This document shows, one piece after another, positions 1-8,897 of a DNA stretch of 64,000 bases; the stretch's first letter is position 1; each line of letters opens with the position of its first letter. Both the position numbers and the translations under genes were made by a program. Source of the DNA: a virus; IMG/VR virus record IMGVR_UViG_3300026290_000001; one strand, given 5' to 3'. The notes beneath the pieces are model-generated. The model was not told the origin of the DNA, did not search any database, and worked only from the letters and a program-made list of their open reading frames with translations.

Positions 1-1
1 A

Positions 2-106
2 AACGAAATGTATAATATTTTTGGTAACAGCAGTAAGAACCAACCAGAATTATCCATAGACGAAATGAATTATCTTGAAGGTAGATGTATTAAAGACTTT
101 AATTAA
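2..106 (+). CDS. hypothetical protein, 3' end only (gene starts upstream of window)
   Basis: Open frame from window edge ending at TAA 104-106; no start inside window. Confidence 0.3.
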   Translation, partial: NEMYNIFGNSSKNQPELSIDEMNYLEGRCIKDFN

Positions 107-166
107 TACCTTGTTAAAGTGCATTAGTATAACAGACAGTTAATGCACTTTATAGAGGGTATTACC
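101..166 (+). promoter_or_regulatory. conserved upstream element copy A: AATTAATACCTTGTTA, 9-bp inverted repeat with GTATAACAGACAG loop, then TATAGAGGGTATTA
   Basis: Direct reading; same flanks and loop motif recur at 572-639 with a different stem sequence. Confidence 0.4.
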
Positions 167-200
167 TCAAAAAATATATAACAGGAAAGGAATTGATAAA

Positions 201-566
201 ATGAGTAATGACACCAAAAAAACCTTAAAAAACCTTTTCAAATTATCCCACAAAATTTCCCTATACGTCCCGACAAAGGACAAAAATAATCAAGAACTAT
301 CCCAAGAATTAATCTCTAAAATGGTTGATCTCACAGCTTCCAAATTTTCCGAAGTTAACGGCGGCGCAACTAGTACCAATGCACTAGGATATTGGAAATC
401 AGTTGCTGGAGAACTCATAAAGGAAAATGTTGTAGTAGTTTTTTCCTATTCAAATGAATTGGAAAAATCCATTGAAGCAGCTATAGAAACTGGAGAACAA
501 CTAAAAGAAATAGCTAATCAAGATGCAATAAGTTTAGAAGTGAATAACGAACTATATTTCATATAA
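201..566 (+). CDS. hypothetical protein
   Basis: Track ORF, ATG 8 nt after SD-like AGGAA/GGAATTGA region. Confidence 0.55.
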   Translation: MSNDTKKTLKNLFKLSHKISLYVPTKDKNNQELSQELISKMVDLTASKFSEVNGGATSTNALGYWKSVAGELIKENVVVVFSYSNELEKSIEAAIETGEQLKEIANQDAISLEVNNELYFI

Positions 567-571
567 CAAAA

Positions 572-639
572 AATTAATACCTTGTTAGGATATATAAGTA
601 TAACAGATTGCTTATATATCCTATAGAGGGTATTAATCC
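572..639 (+). promoter_or_regulatory. conserved upstream element copy B: AATTAATACCTTGTTA, 12-bp inverted repeat with TATAACAGATTG loop, then TATAGAGGGTATTA
   Basis: Direct reading; paired with copy A. Confidence 0.4.
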
Positions 640-674
640 AAAAAAATAAAAACTGAAAGGAAGGAATTGATAAA

Positions 675-1178
675 ATGAAAACAAAAATTAACTATTTTTC
701 CGACTGCCAAACCATAGAAGCAATAAAAAAACGTTACCGGGAACTTGCCCAAAAATATCACCCCGATCATGCAGGAGGAGACGGGGAAACCATGAAGGAA
801 ATTAATCTGCAATATGAATCTTACAAAGGTATGACATTCACCGCAACTAATCACGAAACAGGTAAAACTTATGAACAGAACTTCGATCCGTTTGATGGTT
901 ACCGGGAAATTATAACCGCACTAATAAACATACCTAACATAACAATAGAACTAATCGGATCATGGCTCTGGATCACAGGCGAAACAAAACCTATCAAAGA
1001 ATACCTCAAAGAATTAGGTTTTAAATTTTCCGGCAAAAAAATTGCATGGTACTATCACTCAGGCAAATACCGCAAAAAATCTAAAAAAAATCTAACCATA
1101 GACGAAATTAGGAACATGTATGGAAGTGAAAAGGTTAACCAGGACAAGGAAAAGGAAAATAAACAGGTTATTGCTTAG
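675..1178 (+). CDS. J-domain (DnaJ-like) protein
   Basis: IEAIKKRYRELAQKYHPDHAGGD contains the J-domain HPD signature with flanking helix pattern. Confidence 0.7.
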   Translation: MKTKINYFSDCQTIEAIKKRYRELAQKYHPDHAGGDGETMKEINLQYESYKGMTFTATNHETGKTYEQNFDPFDGYREIITALINIPNITIELIGSWLWITGETKPIKEYLKELGFKFSGKKIAWYYHSGKYRKKSKKNLTIDEIRNMYGSEKVNQDKEKENKQVIA

Positions 1179-1220
1179 CAGTATATCCTTATAAAAAAAT
1201 AATAACAGGGAGGTGGAAAA

Positions 1221-1412
1221 ATGAATTATATCAAACAATTGCAATTGGAGAATCAGGAATTAAAAAACCGTATAACAGAATCGCAAGAAGTTATAACAGA
1301 ACTTTATCGCTACTTAATGTTGCCTAAATTTGCAGAAAATAATATGGTAAACAAGCAGGATATTTTTAATAGACTTGATCCGGTAAGAATATTGCTTAAT
1401 ACTACTATATAA
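1221..1412 (+). CDS. hypothetical protein
   Basis: Track ORF with GGAGGTGG SD. Confidence 0.45.
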   Translation: MNYIKQLQLENQELKNRITESQEVITELYRYLMLPKFAENNMVNKQDIFNRLDPVRILLNTTI

Positions 1413-1535
1413 TCCTTTATCCAATAGCACTATAACCGTAAAATAAATAACAGCATATAGTGCTATTCAATAAGAGATTATAAACGATAAGAGATTATAA
1501 ACGATAAATAATCAAGGAAGGAGGTATATAGTATA

Positions 1536-1874
1536 ATGAACAACAATTATAACAGAAGGAGAAAAAACGGCAAAATGATATCAACTTTTACAATAGCAAA
1601 CAAAACATATTCTATCCGCTTGACCGCACACGCTAAGCAACGAATAACAGATCGCAATTTAGACCTATATCAAGTAACAGGTTCCATACTATCACTAGGA
1701 CAGCAAAACATAGAACAATATTCCGGCAGTAATAGAGACATATTTATCATGGACAAACAGAATAATTTTAGTATTGTATGTAATATAACATACCGCACTA
1801 TAACAATTGTAACTGTCATAGACACGACAGATTGTTGGGTAAAAAATGGAACTATTGCGGTAAGACTGAAATAA
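1536..1874 (+). CDS. hypothetical protein
   Basis: Track ORF with AAGGAGGT SD. Confidence 0.45.
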   Translation: MNNNYNRRRKNGKMISTFTIANKTYSIRLTAHAKQRITDRNLDLYQVTGSILSLGQQNIEQYSGSNRDIFIMDKQNNFSIVCNITYRTITIVTVIDTTDCWVKNGTIAVRLK

Positions 1875-1894
1875 TAAAGGGGAGGAGAAAATAT

Positions 1895-2329
1895 ATGTTA
1901 ACAAAAAATAATAAAAACCTATCTAAAAATCCTATCAATATAACATATATAGCAGAATATACGGATGAATTAGAAGTTAATTCAGACTATTCAAATATAG
2001 TAAAAATATCTAACATAACAGATTTAGATAGTTTAATTTTTACTATGCTAGAATTACGCAAGCAACAGAAAAATAATATTTCTATAGGTTATACCATAGC
2101 GGATAATAAAAATAACTGGCTTATTGAAGATTATGCCAATACCCTGGAATTTTTAACCGATTCTAAATTATCGGATAAATTGGAAACTAAAGTAAGTAAA
2201 CAATCTGAACTAATAACAGAACTGTCAAAAGAGATAGAACTATACCAGCAATTTTTAAAAAAATACAATGCTATGGATCAGTTTAACAAGTTTAAACGGG
2301 AACAGGGAGAACAGGAATTAAACCAGTAA
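1895..2329 (+). CDS. hypothetical protein
   Basis: Track ORF 1832 trimmed to in-frame ATG that follows GGGGAGGAG SD. Confidence 0.5.
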   Translation: MLTKNNKNLSKNPINITYIAEYTDELEVNSDYSNIVKISNITDLDSLIFTMLELRKQQKNNISIGYTIADNKNNWLIEDYANTLEFLTDSKLSDKLETKVSKQSELITELSKEIELYQQFLKKYNAMDQFNKFKREQGEQELNQ

Positions 2330-2344
2330 TATAAAAATTACCGC

Positions 2345-2374
2345 TTGCATATACTGTTGACAGCATGATATAAT
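2345..2374 (+). promoter_or_regulatory. sigma-A-type promoter (TTGCAT-18-TGaTATAAT)
   Basis: Direct reading of -35/-10 hexamers with extended -10 TG. Confidence 0.5.
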
Positions 2375-2406
2375 AACTAATAACAGGGTAGGAGGTGAAT
2401 AACAGC

Positions 2407-2583
2407 ATGATAACAATAAAAGTTAATCGATACGGCAATGAAGCAACTATAATAGTAGAAGGAAATTGGCGAGGAGTATCACAAGAAATTAAAAAACAAA
2501 TACGCAAAAAAGAAAATCAATTCTATTCAATTTCTCAAGCAAAACAAATCAAGCAAGAACTGGAAAAATTATTGGCAAGGTAA
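2407..2583 (+). CDS. hypothetical protein
   Basis: Track ORF 2395 trimmed to ATG after GGAGGTG SD. Confidence 0.45.
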   Translation: MITIKVNRYGNEATIIVEGNWRGVSQEIKKQIRKKENQFYSISQAKQIKQELEKLLAR

Positions 2584-2607
2584 ATAAAATAGGCAGGAGG
2601 TAATAAA

Positions 2608-2775
2608 ATGGATAGTAGAGAACAGGCGATTAAACATTATGAACAGAAGTATAACATTAGCATTATTTATGATAGCAATGAAAGAACATATACAATATAT
2701 AGTCAAAACAGACTTTATGGTTATGTGGCAAGTCTTAAAGATTTAGACGATTACATGCAATTTAAACAGGGTTAA
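2608..2775 (+). CDS. small hypothetical protein (55 aa), not in track
   Basis: ATG after GCAGGAGGT SD; fills an otherwise empty gap. Confidence 0.4.
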   Translation: MDSREQAIKHYEQKYNISIIYDSNERTYTIYSQNRLYGYVASLKDLDDYMQFKQG

Positions 2776-2868
2776 GCAAATTAAGCAAGGCCATAAAACC
2801 TTGCAGCAAGGGTAAAATACCTTTGCTAGAGGGTTTTAAGGAACAAAAAAGGAGGGAGTAATAAACAT

Positions 2869-3084
2869 ATGGAAAAACGTATGGCAAAAACCTGTATAAC
2901 CAAAAAAGTTAAAGCAGAATTAAAATATCTTATTGACACAAAAGGCTATTGGTCAAAAGAAGTGAGGGAATATATAGAACAATTTCACTATTATAAAACA
3001 AGGGAATTACACGATATGGCACATGCTTATATTAATCATAACGAAGGCGAATTAACAAAGATTAACTATAAAATAACAGTATAA
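2869..3084 (+). CDS. hypothetical protein
   Basis: Track ORF with AGGAGGGAG SD. Confidence 0.5.
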   Translation: MEKRMAKTCITKKVKAELKYLIDTKGYWSKEVREYIEQFHYYKTRELHDMAHAYINHNEGELTKINYKITV

Positions 3085-3096
3085 GGAGGTAACACT

Positions 3097-3387
3097 ATGG
3101 AAAAATCACTAAAAGAAAAAGTAGGTTATATGAATCACTTAGGAATTAAACTAGCAGATTTAATTGATGCAGGTAAAATTGACTATAACAAGTTAACCGA
3201 CAAAGAATCAGAACTGATTTATGCAGTTGCGGACGGATTATCTGAGGAATATATCATGCGAAATATTGAAGGCCGTTGCTCTATTAAATCAATGCTGGAT
3301 AATTCTTTAGAAAAACTAGAAATCTATGTGAATAACAAAATAGAAGGATTAACGGCAATATTTGAAAAATACGATATAACAGTATAA
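3097..3387 (+). CDS. hypothetical protein
   Basis: Track ORF with AAGGAGGT SD. Confidence 0.5.
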   Translation: MEKSLKEKVGYMNHLGIKLADLIDAGKIDYNKLTDKESELIYAVADGLSEEYIMRNIEGRCSIKSMLDNSLEKLEIYVNNKIEGLTAIFEKYDITV

Positions 3388-3444
3388 TAATTCACATTGC
3401 ACCAAATAACCGTTTCATGTCGTTTTAAAGGAGGTAATAACAGA

Positions 3445-3672
3445 ATGATTAAAAAGGAACAAATACTCGAAGGTTTAGAACTAACTAAGCAATACATACT
3501 TGATTCTTTAATAGTTAATGAACAGATGAAAAAAACAACAGGCCAGCAACAAGTAATAGAAGATTTAGAAAAAACTATTAAAGATATATTGGAAAACATT
3601 GAATCATTACAATCTGATGTTTATAGAAAATATTTGTTATCACAAGGATTTTTAAATAAGGAGGATAAATAA
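3445..3672 (+). CDS. hypothetical protein
   Basis: Track ORF 3397 trimmed to ATG after AAGGAGGT SD. Confidence 0.5.
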   Translation: MIKKEQILEGLELTKQYILDSLIVNEQMKKTTGQQQVIEDLEKTIKDILENIESLQSDVYRKYLLSQGFLNKEDK

Positions 3673-3676
3673 AATT

Positions 3677-4030
3677 ATGACAAATAAACAATATAACAAA
3701 ATGGTAGAACAGATAGTTAAATATGCAATATTAGCTGAACTACCAGGAATCACAAAAAAAGAAGTTAATAACAGATATAACAATGTCCTAGAATCACATG
3801 GAGTAGAAAAGGCAGATTCAGCATTGCAATATACGTTAAAACAATTTAAAGAAAGAGCAAAAGAAAGAGAAATGAAATTCTGGCAGCAAGTAAAAACTGA
3901 AACATTTGATAAATTGCATTCTTACCCATGTAGTGTTAGAGATTTAAAAAGCATGATCAAAACTGGTGAAATTGACATAACAGGATTTACAAAAGAACAG
4001 GATATAAGATTAAGACTAGAATTAATTTAA
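3677..4030 (+). CDS. hypothetical protein
   Basis: Track ORF. Confidence 0.5.
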   Translation: MTNKQYNKMVEQIVKYAILAELPGITKKEVNNRYNNVLESHGVEKADSALQYTLKQFKERAKEREMKFWQQVKTETFDKLHSYPCSVRDLKSMIKTGEIDITGFTKEQDIRLRLELI

Positions 4031-4136
4031 TACTTCTTCCGAGTGCTAAACTAAACATATAATATAAATAACAGTAACAAGTTTAGCACTTCAAAGAGGG
4101 ATTAAAAAATAATAAACAAGAGGAGGTATAACAAGC

Positions 4137-4337
4137 ATGAACAAAACATTAAAAATCCAAAATACCCTTAGAGTACAAGAAAAAATCAAAGAATTAAATC
4201 TACCTTTGCAGCGTAACAAAAAAGGCTATTTTGAATTTATGTTTGATATCAGGGATCGGAAAAACTATCAAAATAACCAGGTAAGGGAATTAGTAAAGTG
4301 GGCTGAAATTGAAGGGATTAACTGGAGCATTAGATAG
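4137..4337 (+). CDS. hypothetical protein
   Basis: Track ORF with GAGGAGGT SD. Confidence 0.5.
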   Translation: MNKTLKIQNTLRVQEKIKELNLPLQRNKKGYFEFMFDIRDRKNYQNNQVRELVKWAEIEGINWSIR

Positions 4338-4416
4338 ATAGTATAATTGGCAATTTCAACATTCGTTGAAAATCTATAACAGATTGAAAATATAATTATT
4401 AAGGAGGTAACAACAC

Positions 4417-4662
4417 ATGAAAAGATATAACGTGAACATGTATCAGAATAATATACTTGTTAGAATAATAACAATTTATTCCACCACAAATAATGGCGCA
4501 ATCATTAAGGCCAAAAGAATATTTTTTTCAGATTGGTCAAAAGAACACATAAAAAAATACAAACATACTATCTCAGTAATAGCAAAACATTCTGATCTTT
4601 ACGGTAATTCATTGCCGGAGAATATTAAAGGTTATAATTATTCAATTCCTTATATTAAATAA
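4417..4662 (+). CDS. hypothetical protein
   Basis: Track ORF with AAGGAGGT SD. Confidence 0.5.
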   Translation: MKRYNVNMYQNNILVRIITIYSTTNNGAIIKAKRIFFSDWSKEHIKKYKHTISVIAKHSDLYGNSLPENIKGYNYSIPYIK

Positions 4663-4672
4663 TCCCTCTTTT

Positions 4673-4703
4673 AACCTGCTATTCTCCAGCAGGTTATTTT
4701 CTT
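4673..4703 (+). terminator. Rho-independent terminator-like hairpin
   Basis: AACCTGCT / AGCAGGTT 8-bp stem, 7-nt loop, then ATTTTCTT, directly after stop of 4417-4662. Confidence 0.6.
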
Positions 4704-4721
4704 AATATAATAACTATCCTA

Positions 4722-4750
4722 TTGACAGTATGAATACAACCTGATAGTAT
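4722..4750 (+). promoter_or_regulatory. sigma-A-type promoter (TTGACA-17-TAGTAT)
   Basis: Direct reading. Confidence 0.55.
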
Positions 4751-4785
4751 TATATTAACAAAATAATTTTAAGGAGGTTAATTAA

Positions 4786-5331
4786 ATGGAAACTAGAACA
4801 GAATACATTAACCGCAATAGGGTAGAAATTGAAGCTGAAGGAATTGATTTTAGTGATTGTATGGCAGAAACCTTGGAAGATGAATACTATGATGAAATTG
4901 TAATCAAGCATATCAAAGCAGGTGGAATGATCTCGAATGAAGTCTATAAAGATTTAACAGACGGACAGCAATATCATTTTAATAAATTTCTTAATTGGGA
5001 TAATGATAAAATAATTAACAGTGACTATGAACAGGAAGTTAAAAGACTAAAGAAAATATCCGATGAAAAGCATAAAATATATTTGCAGGAACAGGAACAA
5101 AAACGGCAAGAACAGGAAATCAGAGAACAAATAAAAGAACAAAAAGCAAAAGATCAAATTAAACAAAAATTAACACAAGAAATAGAAATTTTAAAAAATT
5201 GCTTAGTTGATTATGATAACTTATCTATGTTTGGCAAGGGGCGTATTACCAGGTTTAATTATGAACAGATGCAGGTGGAGATTAAGAAAAAAATTGCAGT
5301 AATGGAGCAACAGATAAAAAACATAATATAA
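4786..5331 (+). CDS. hypothetical protein with Q/E/K-rich coiled-coil-like segment
   Basis: Track ORF; low-complexity QEQEQKRQEQEIREQIKEQ stretch. Confidence 0.5.
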   Translation: METRTEYINRNRVEIEAEGIDFSDCMAETLEDEYYDEIVIKHIKAGGMISNEVYKDLTDGQQYHFNKFLNWDNDKIINSDYEQEVKRLKKISDEKHKIYLQEQEQKRQEQEIREQIKEQKAKDQIKQKLTQEIEILKNCLVDYDNLSMFGKGRITRFNYEQMQVEIKKKIAVMEQQIKNII

Positions 5332-5348
5332 TAAGGAGGGATAACAAA

Positions 5349-5510
5349 ATGAAATTTAAAATAGGCTATTTAGCAGATAACAAAAAGGCGAGAAAAGTAA
5401 TGGAAATATACGGCAAAAACGAAAAAGATGCAATAAGTAAAGCGAATGCAATATTATATAGTCAAGATAAAGAGGAATTAAATAATAGGAAGGGGGAAAT
5501 CAAACCATGA
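5349..5510 (+). CDS. small hypothetical protein (53 aa), not in track
   Basis: ATG after AGGAGGG SD; stop overlaps next start (ATGA). Confidence 0.35.
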   Translation: MKFKIGYLADNKKARKVMEIYGKNEKDAISKANAILYSQDKEELNNRKGEIKP

Positions 5511-5725
5511 AAAAATCCATTTCAATTACTGTTACTTCAGGTGAACCATTCAAAATAATTAGGCCAGGAGAAGAAAAATATAGCAATATTCAGAATTTCC
5601 GATTCTCTTCAAAAATCCAAGCAATAAAACAATTAAAAAAACATTTCAACATTGATTTGACATATCAGCATTTAAAGCAAAAAGGCATAGTGAAAATTGA
5701 TGATTATCAAATCCATGTAAAATAA
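5507..5725 (+). CDS. hypothetical protein
   Basis: Track ORF. Confidence 0.45.
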   Translation: MKKSISITVTSGEPFKIIRPGEEKYSNIQNFRFSSKIQAIKQLKKHFNIDLTYQHLKQKGIVKIDDYQIHVK

Positions 5726-5843
5726 CCACTCATCACCAAAGATTGATTTTATCACGCTTTTCCGGCTCAGAAATCCCATTATATAGGGATTAAAAAATTC
5801 AAAAATATTGGAATAAAAAAATAAAATTATGCATAGAATACTA

Positions 5844-5872
5844 TTGACAATATGAATTAGATAGTTTAATAT
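5844..5872 (+). promoter_or_regulatory. sigma-A-type promoter (TTGACA-17-TAATAT)
   Basis: Direct reading. Confidence 0.5.
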
Positions 5873-6084
5873 AATAAAAAAGGAGGTGGCACAATGATAA
5901 AAGTAGAATTAAAATATAACAATATTTTATTTAAGGCACAATTTAATTCACATCAGGAATTATCAGACTTTTTAAACGAAAATCAAGGAATAGAAATAAT
6001 TAGTTTAGGTTAGCACTTTTAAGCCTGGGCATTCGCTCAGGGTTAAGGGTACTAGAAAAAAACAAAAGAGAAGGAGGAGATAGA

Positions 6085-6351
6085 ATGGAAAACCTATTAA
6101 ATAATTATTTAAAATACTTAGCAGGACAATATACCAGAGATGATATAAAAGCTGAAATAATAGAATTCAAAACTAATAACGGTAATGCTGAAGAGTTTGA
6201 AAAAATGATCATAACAGCAACCAAAGGAGTTTATAAGAAAAATTCAGCAGTAGAAGATTTTTGGAAGTATTATAATGATTATACTCCTATTCCAAAATCA
6301 AAAACTGCATACGGAACAGGGCATATGAAAGATTTTAGAAAGTATTTTTAA
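6085..6351 (+). CDS. hypothetical protein
   Basis: Track ORF with GAAGGAGGAG SD. Confidence 0.5.
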   Translation: MENLLNNYLKYLAGQYTRDDIKAEIIEFKTNNGNAEEFEKMIITATKGVYKKNSAVEDFWKYYNDYTPIPKSKTAYGTGHMKDFRKYF

Positions 6352-6392
6352 CACCAAAAGCAAATTTGGTGCAATGTGAAAGGGGTAACAGA

Positions 6393-6536
6393 ATGAAAGC
6401 TAAAACAATTAGAATGACAAGAGTATGCAGAATATGTCAATGTCCTTTTACTTATAGATCAGAGGAAAAATTGCAGGAAGGTGATAAAAACGGGCATATA
6501 TGTAACACTTGTAAAAAACAGAAGGTGAGCAAATAA
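6393..6536 (+). CDS. small Cys-rich zinc-ribbon-like protein (47 aa), not in track
   Basis: CxxC...CxxC spacing (CRICQC ... CNTC). Confidence 0.35.
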   Translation: MKAKTIRMTRVCRICQCPFTYRSEEKLQEGDKNGHICNTCKKQKVSK

Positions 6537-6584
6537 CAGAATCAAACTGGTATTCTATCATTAAATATTGAGGAGGAATCGAAA

Positions 6585-6860
6585 ATGATATTGTGGAGAG
6601 TAACAGATGGAAAATATAAAACAGATTACATTAGAGCAAACAATTTAGATGAAGCTGGAAGAATTTTTAAAGAAAAGCATAACAGGCCAGGAGTAGAATT
6701 TCAACCAACAGATGAGAAAATACAAGCGGTATATTTTACAGACAATCCGTTTGATCCTGCATATTTTAAGGGAACAATAACACAAGCTAAAAAGGGAGCA
6801 AGGTTATATATTAGACAATGGCAGTTAGATGCACAAATTGATAGAATAGTAACAATGTAA
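6585..6860 (+). CDS. hypothetical protein
   Basis: Track ORF with GAGGAGG SD. Confidence 0.5.
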   Translation: MILWRVTDGKYKTDYIRANNLDEAGRIFKEKHNRPGVEFQPTDEKIQAVYFTDNPFDPAYFKGTITQAKKGARLYIRQWQLDAQIDRIVTM

Positions 6861-6908
6861 CCAAATGACGAATTGATATACTGTAAAAATAAGGGAGGAA
6901 TAATTAAA

Positions 6909-7109
6909 ATGTTAGTTAAAACAATAACAGACGAAACAAATGGTAAAAGATGGGAAATATTCAAAAAGTCTGATAATGAATATTTTTATAAATACTATGA
7001 GTTTTTTAAACAAATAGGCTGGAAATTAACAGGAAGAGAAGGAGATCATATCAATGGATATTTAACAAAGGATTGTATTGAATGGGAATTTGACATAACA
7101 ATAATATAA
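6909..7109 (+). CDS. hypothetical protein
   Basis: Track ORF 6873 trimmed to ATG after AAGGGAGGA SD. Confidence 0.45.
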   Translation: MLVKTITDETNGKRWEIFKKSDNEYFYKYYEFFKQIGWKLTGREGDHINGYLTKDCIEWEFDITII

Positions 7110-7133
7110 ATCAGTAGCAGGTTAATTCCTGCT

Positions 7134-7165
7134 TAGTATATCAGGACTATTCCCCTGATATACTA
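7134..7165. repeat. perfect 12-bp inverted repeat TAGTATATCAGG / CCTGATATACTA with 8-nt loop
   Basis: Direct reading; preceded by a second shorter hairpin; no T-tract, so operator-like rather than clear terminator. Confidence 0.5.
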
Positions 7166-7204
7166 ACAAGGGATTAAACATACAAAATAAAAGGAGGTAA
7201 TAAA

Positions 7205-7411
7205 ATGTTAGAATATTATTGTCACGTTAAAACGGTCAATACCAGATATCCAGACGATCAAAGAATCAAATGTATTATGACTTTAACAGAATATAAAGAT
7301 GAGGATGGTAATATTTACAGAAAATCATTCTATACAAAAAACGGGAACAAACCAATAATACCGCAAAAAGCAACACATGATGAATTGATAGAACTTAAAA
7401 AACAGTTTTAG
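7205..7411 (+). CDS. hypothetical protein
   Basis: Track ORF with AAGGAGGT SD. Confidence 0.5.
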   Translation: MLEYYCHVKTVNTRYPDDQRIKCIMTLTEYKDEDGNIYRKSFYTKNGNKPIIPQKATHDELIELKKQF

Positions 7412-7438
7412 TTTTTTCTATTATTTTTACTTTTACTA

Positions 7439-7468
7439 TTGACAATATGAAACCTAACGTATATAATA
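7439..7468 (+). promoter_or_regulatory. sigma-A-type promoter (TTGACA-18-TATAAT)
   Basis: Direct reading, consensus hexamers. Confidence 0.55.
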
Positions 7469-7502
7469 ATAATATAAATACTATTAAAAAAGGAGGCCAC
7501 AA

Positions 7503-7652
7503 ATGAAAACTATTGATGAATTAAAGCAAGGCGAATGCCAGATAATCACAAAGCAAGGTAAAGTATTCAAAGGATTTTACAGCGAAGAATATGAAGCAGT
7601 ATTCTTTACAATTCCATCTAACTATGAAATTATTGGTTATATCCAAGATTAA
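7503..7652 (+). CDS. small hypothetical protein (49 aa), not in track
   Basis: ATG after AAGGAGG SD. Confidence 0.35.
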   Translation: MKTIDELKQGECQIITKQGKVFKGFYSEEYEAVFFTIPSNYEIIGYIQD

Positions 7653-7670
7653 AAAAGGAGTGTGTTACAA

Positions 7671-8759
7671 ATGGCAATTAAAAAAGCTAACATTCAATGG
7701 AGTGCTAAACAGTTAACCAAATCAATTGAAAAAGGTACTATTACCTTTGACAATGCGGTGCAAAGAGGTTATGTATGGGATCAAGATAGAAAATCCTTAC
7801 TCATTCATAGTATGCTGGAGGGTTTTCCTATACCTGCATTTTTCGCAGCAAAAGATGAAAATGGCTATAGTATGCTTGATGGAAAACAAAGATCAGAAGC
7901 AATTTCCGGCTACATAAACGGCAATTATTTCTTAACTAATTTACCAGAGGTTATGGCGGAAATCACAGTACAAAATACAGAAAATAAGAAGGAAACAATA
8001 GAAGAAGAACTTGACATTAACGGCTCTTACTTTTCAGATTTGCCCGAAGATTTACAAGACCGTATTAGAGACTATTCCCTTACCGTTTACTATTTTGATG
8101 GAATAACCGAAGAAGAGGTAAACGAAATGTTTTTCCGGCTTAACAATGGCAAACCACTTACCGCTATTGAACTGACCAGAGTGAAGGCAAAATCTTTAGA
8201 AAAATTTCAAGAAATCGGTCAGCATCAATTATTTACCTCTACACTAACCGAAAAAGCAATTTCTAAGTATACCCATGAGGATTTGGTAATAAAATCCTGG
8301 GTGATGCTTAACACAGAAAATCCAGACTTAGGAACTAAGAACATTCGTTCTATTGTAGAGGTAAAAGATATTACAAACGAACAAGCGGATAATCTAAAAA
8401 CAGTTTATGACAAGGTTTTAGAAGTCTATACCATTTTGACCGCAGGAGACAAACAGGATAAAAAAACCGCAAAGCGTATTATAACCAGAACTCATTTCCT
8501 AAGTTTACTGCCTATCATTTCCAAACAGATTGACAGTAATTCCTGGAATACAGAACAATTTACAAGCTGGGTAAGACGTTTCTTTGGTAGTGATGAAGGT
8601 ACAACGATTAATGAAGAATACAACGAACTATCTAAAAGTGGAAGCAATAAGCCAGATAACATTAGAAGAAGGTTAGAGATTATCAAGATAGATTTTAGAC
8701 AATACCTGCTCAGTAGTAAAGATATTGAAGATAGTAGTCAAGATCAAGGTGTAGCGTAA
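7671..8759 (+). CDS. DUF262 / ParB-like NTPase-domain protein
   Basis: QRGYVWDQDRKSLLIHSMLEGFPIP and LDGKQRSEAI resemble the DUF262 (GmrSD N-domain, DndB-like) signature; no HNH/DUF1524 motif seen; track ORF 7662 trimmed to ATG. Confidence 0.55.
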   Translation: MAIKKANIQWSAKQLTKSIEKGTITFDNAVQRGYVWDQDRKSLLIHSMLEGFPIPAFFAAKDENGYSMLDGKQRSEAISGYINGNYFLTNLPEVMAEITVQNTENKKETIEEELDINGSYFSDLPEDLQDRIRDYSLTVYYFDGITEEEVNEMFFRLNNGKPLTAIELTRVKAKSLEKFQEIGQHQLFTSTLTEKAISKYTHEDLVIKSWVMLNTENPDLGTKNIRSIVEVKDITNEQADNLKTVYDKVLEVYTILTAGDKQDKKTAKRIITRTHFLSLLPIISKQIDSNSWNTEQFTSWVRRFFGSDEGTTINEEYNELSKSGSNKPDNIRRRLEIIKIDFRQYLLSSKDIEDSSQDQGVA

Positions 8760-8768
8760 TTGAAAAAA

Positions 8769-8798
8769 AGGGGTGCTATATAGCATCCCTTAATAATC
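8769..8798 (+). terminator. terminator-like hairpin
   Basis: AGGGGTGCTAT / ATAGCATCCCT imperfect stem just after the DUF262 stop; weak T-tract. Confidence 0.45.
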
Positions 8799-8827
8799 TA
8801 AAAATAATTTTATTGTATCTTTTGCTA

Positions 8828-8856
8828 TTGACAGTATGAAATGTATCATGTATACT
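8828..8856 (+). promoter_or_regulatory. sigma-A-type promoter (TTGACA-17-TATACT)
   Basis: Direct reading. Confidence 0.55.
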
Positions 8857-8897
8857 ATAATCATAATATAAAATAATTAAAAAAAGGAGTGTTATAA

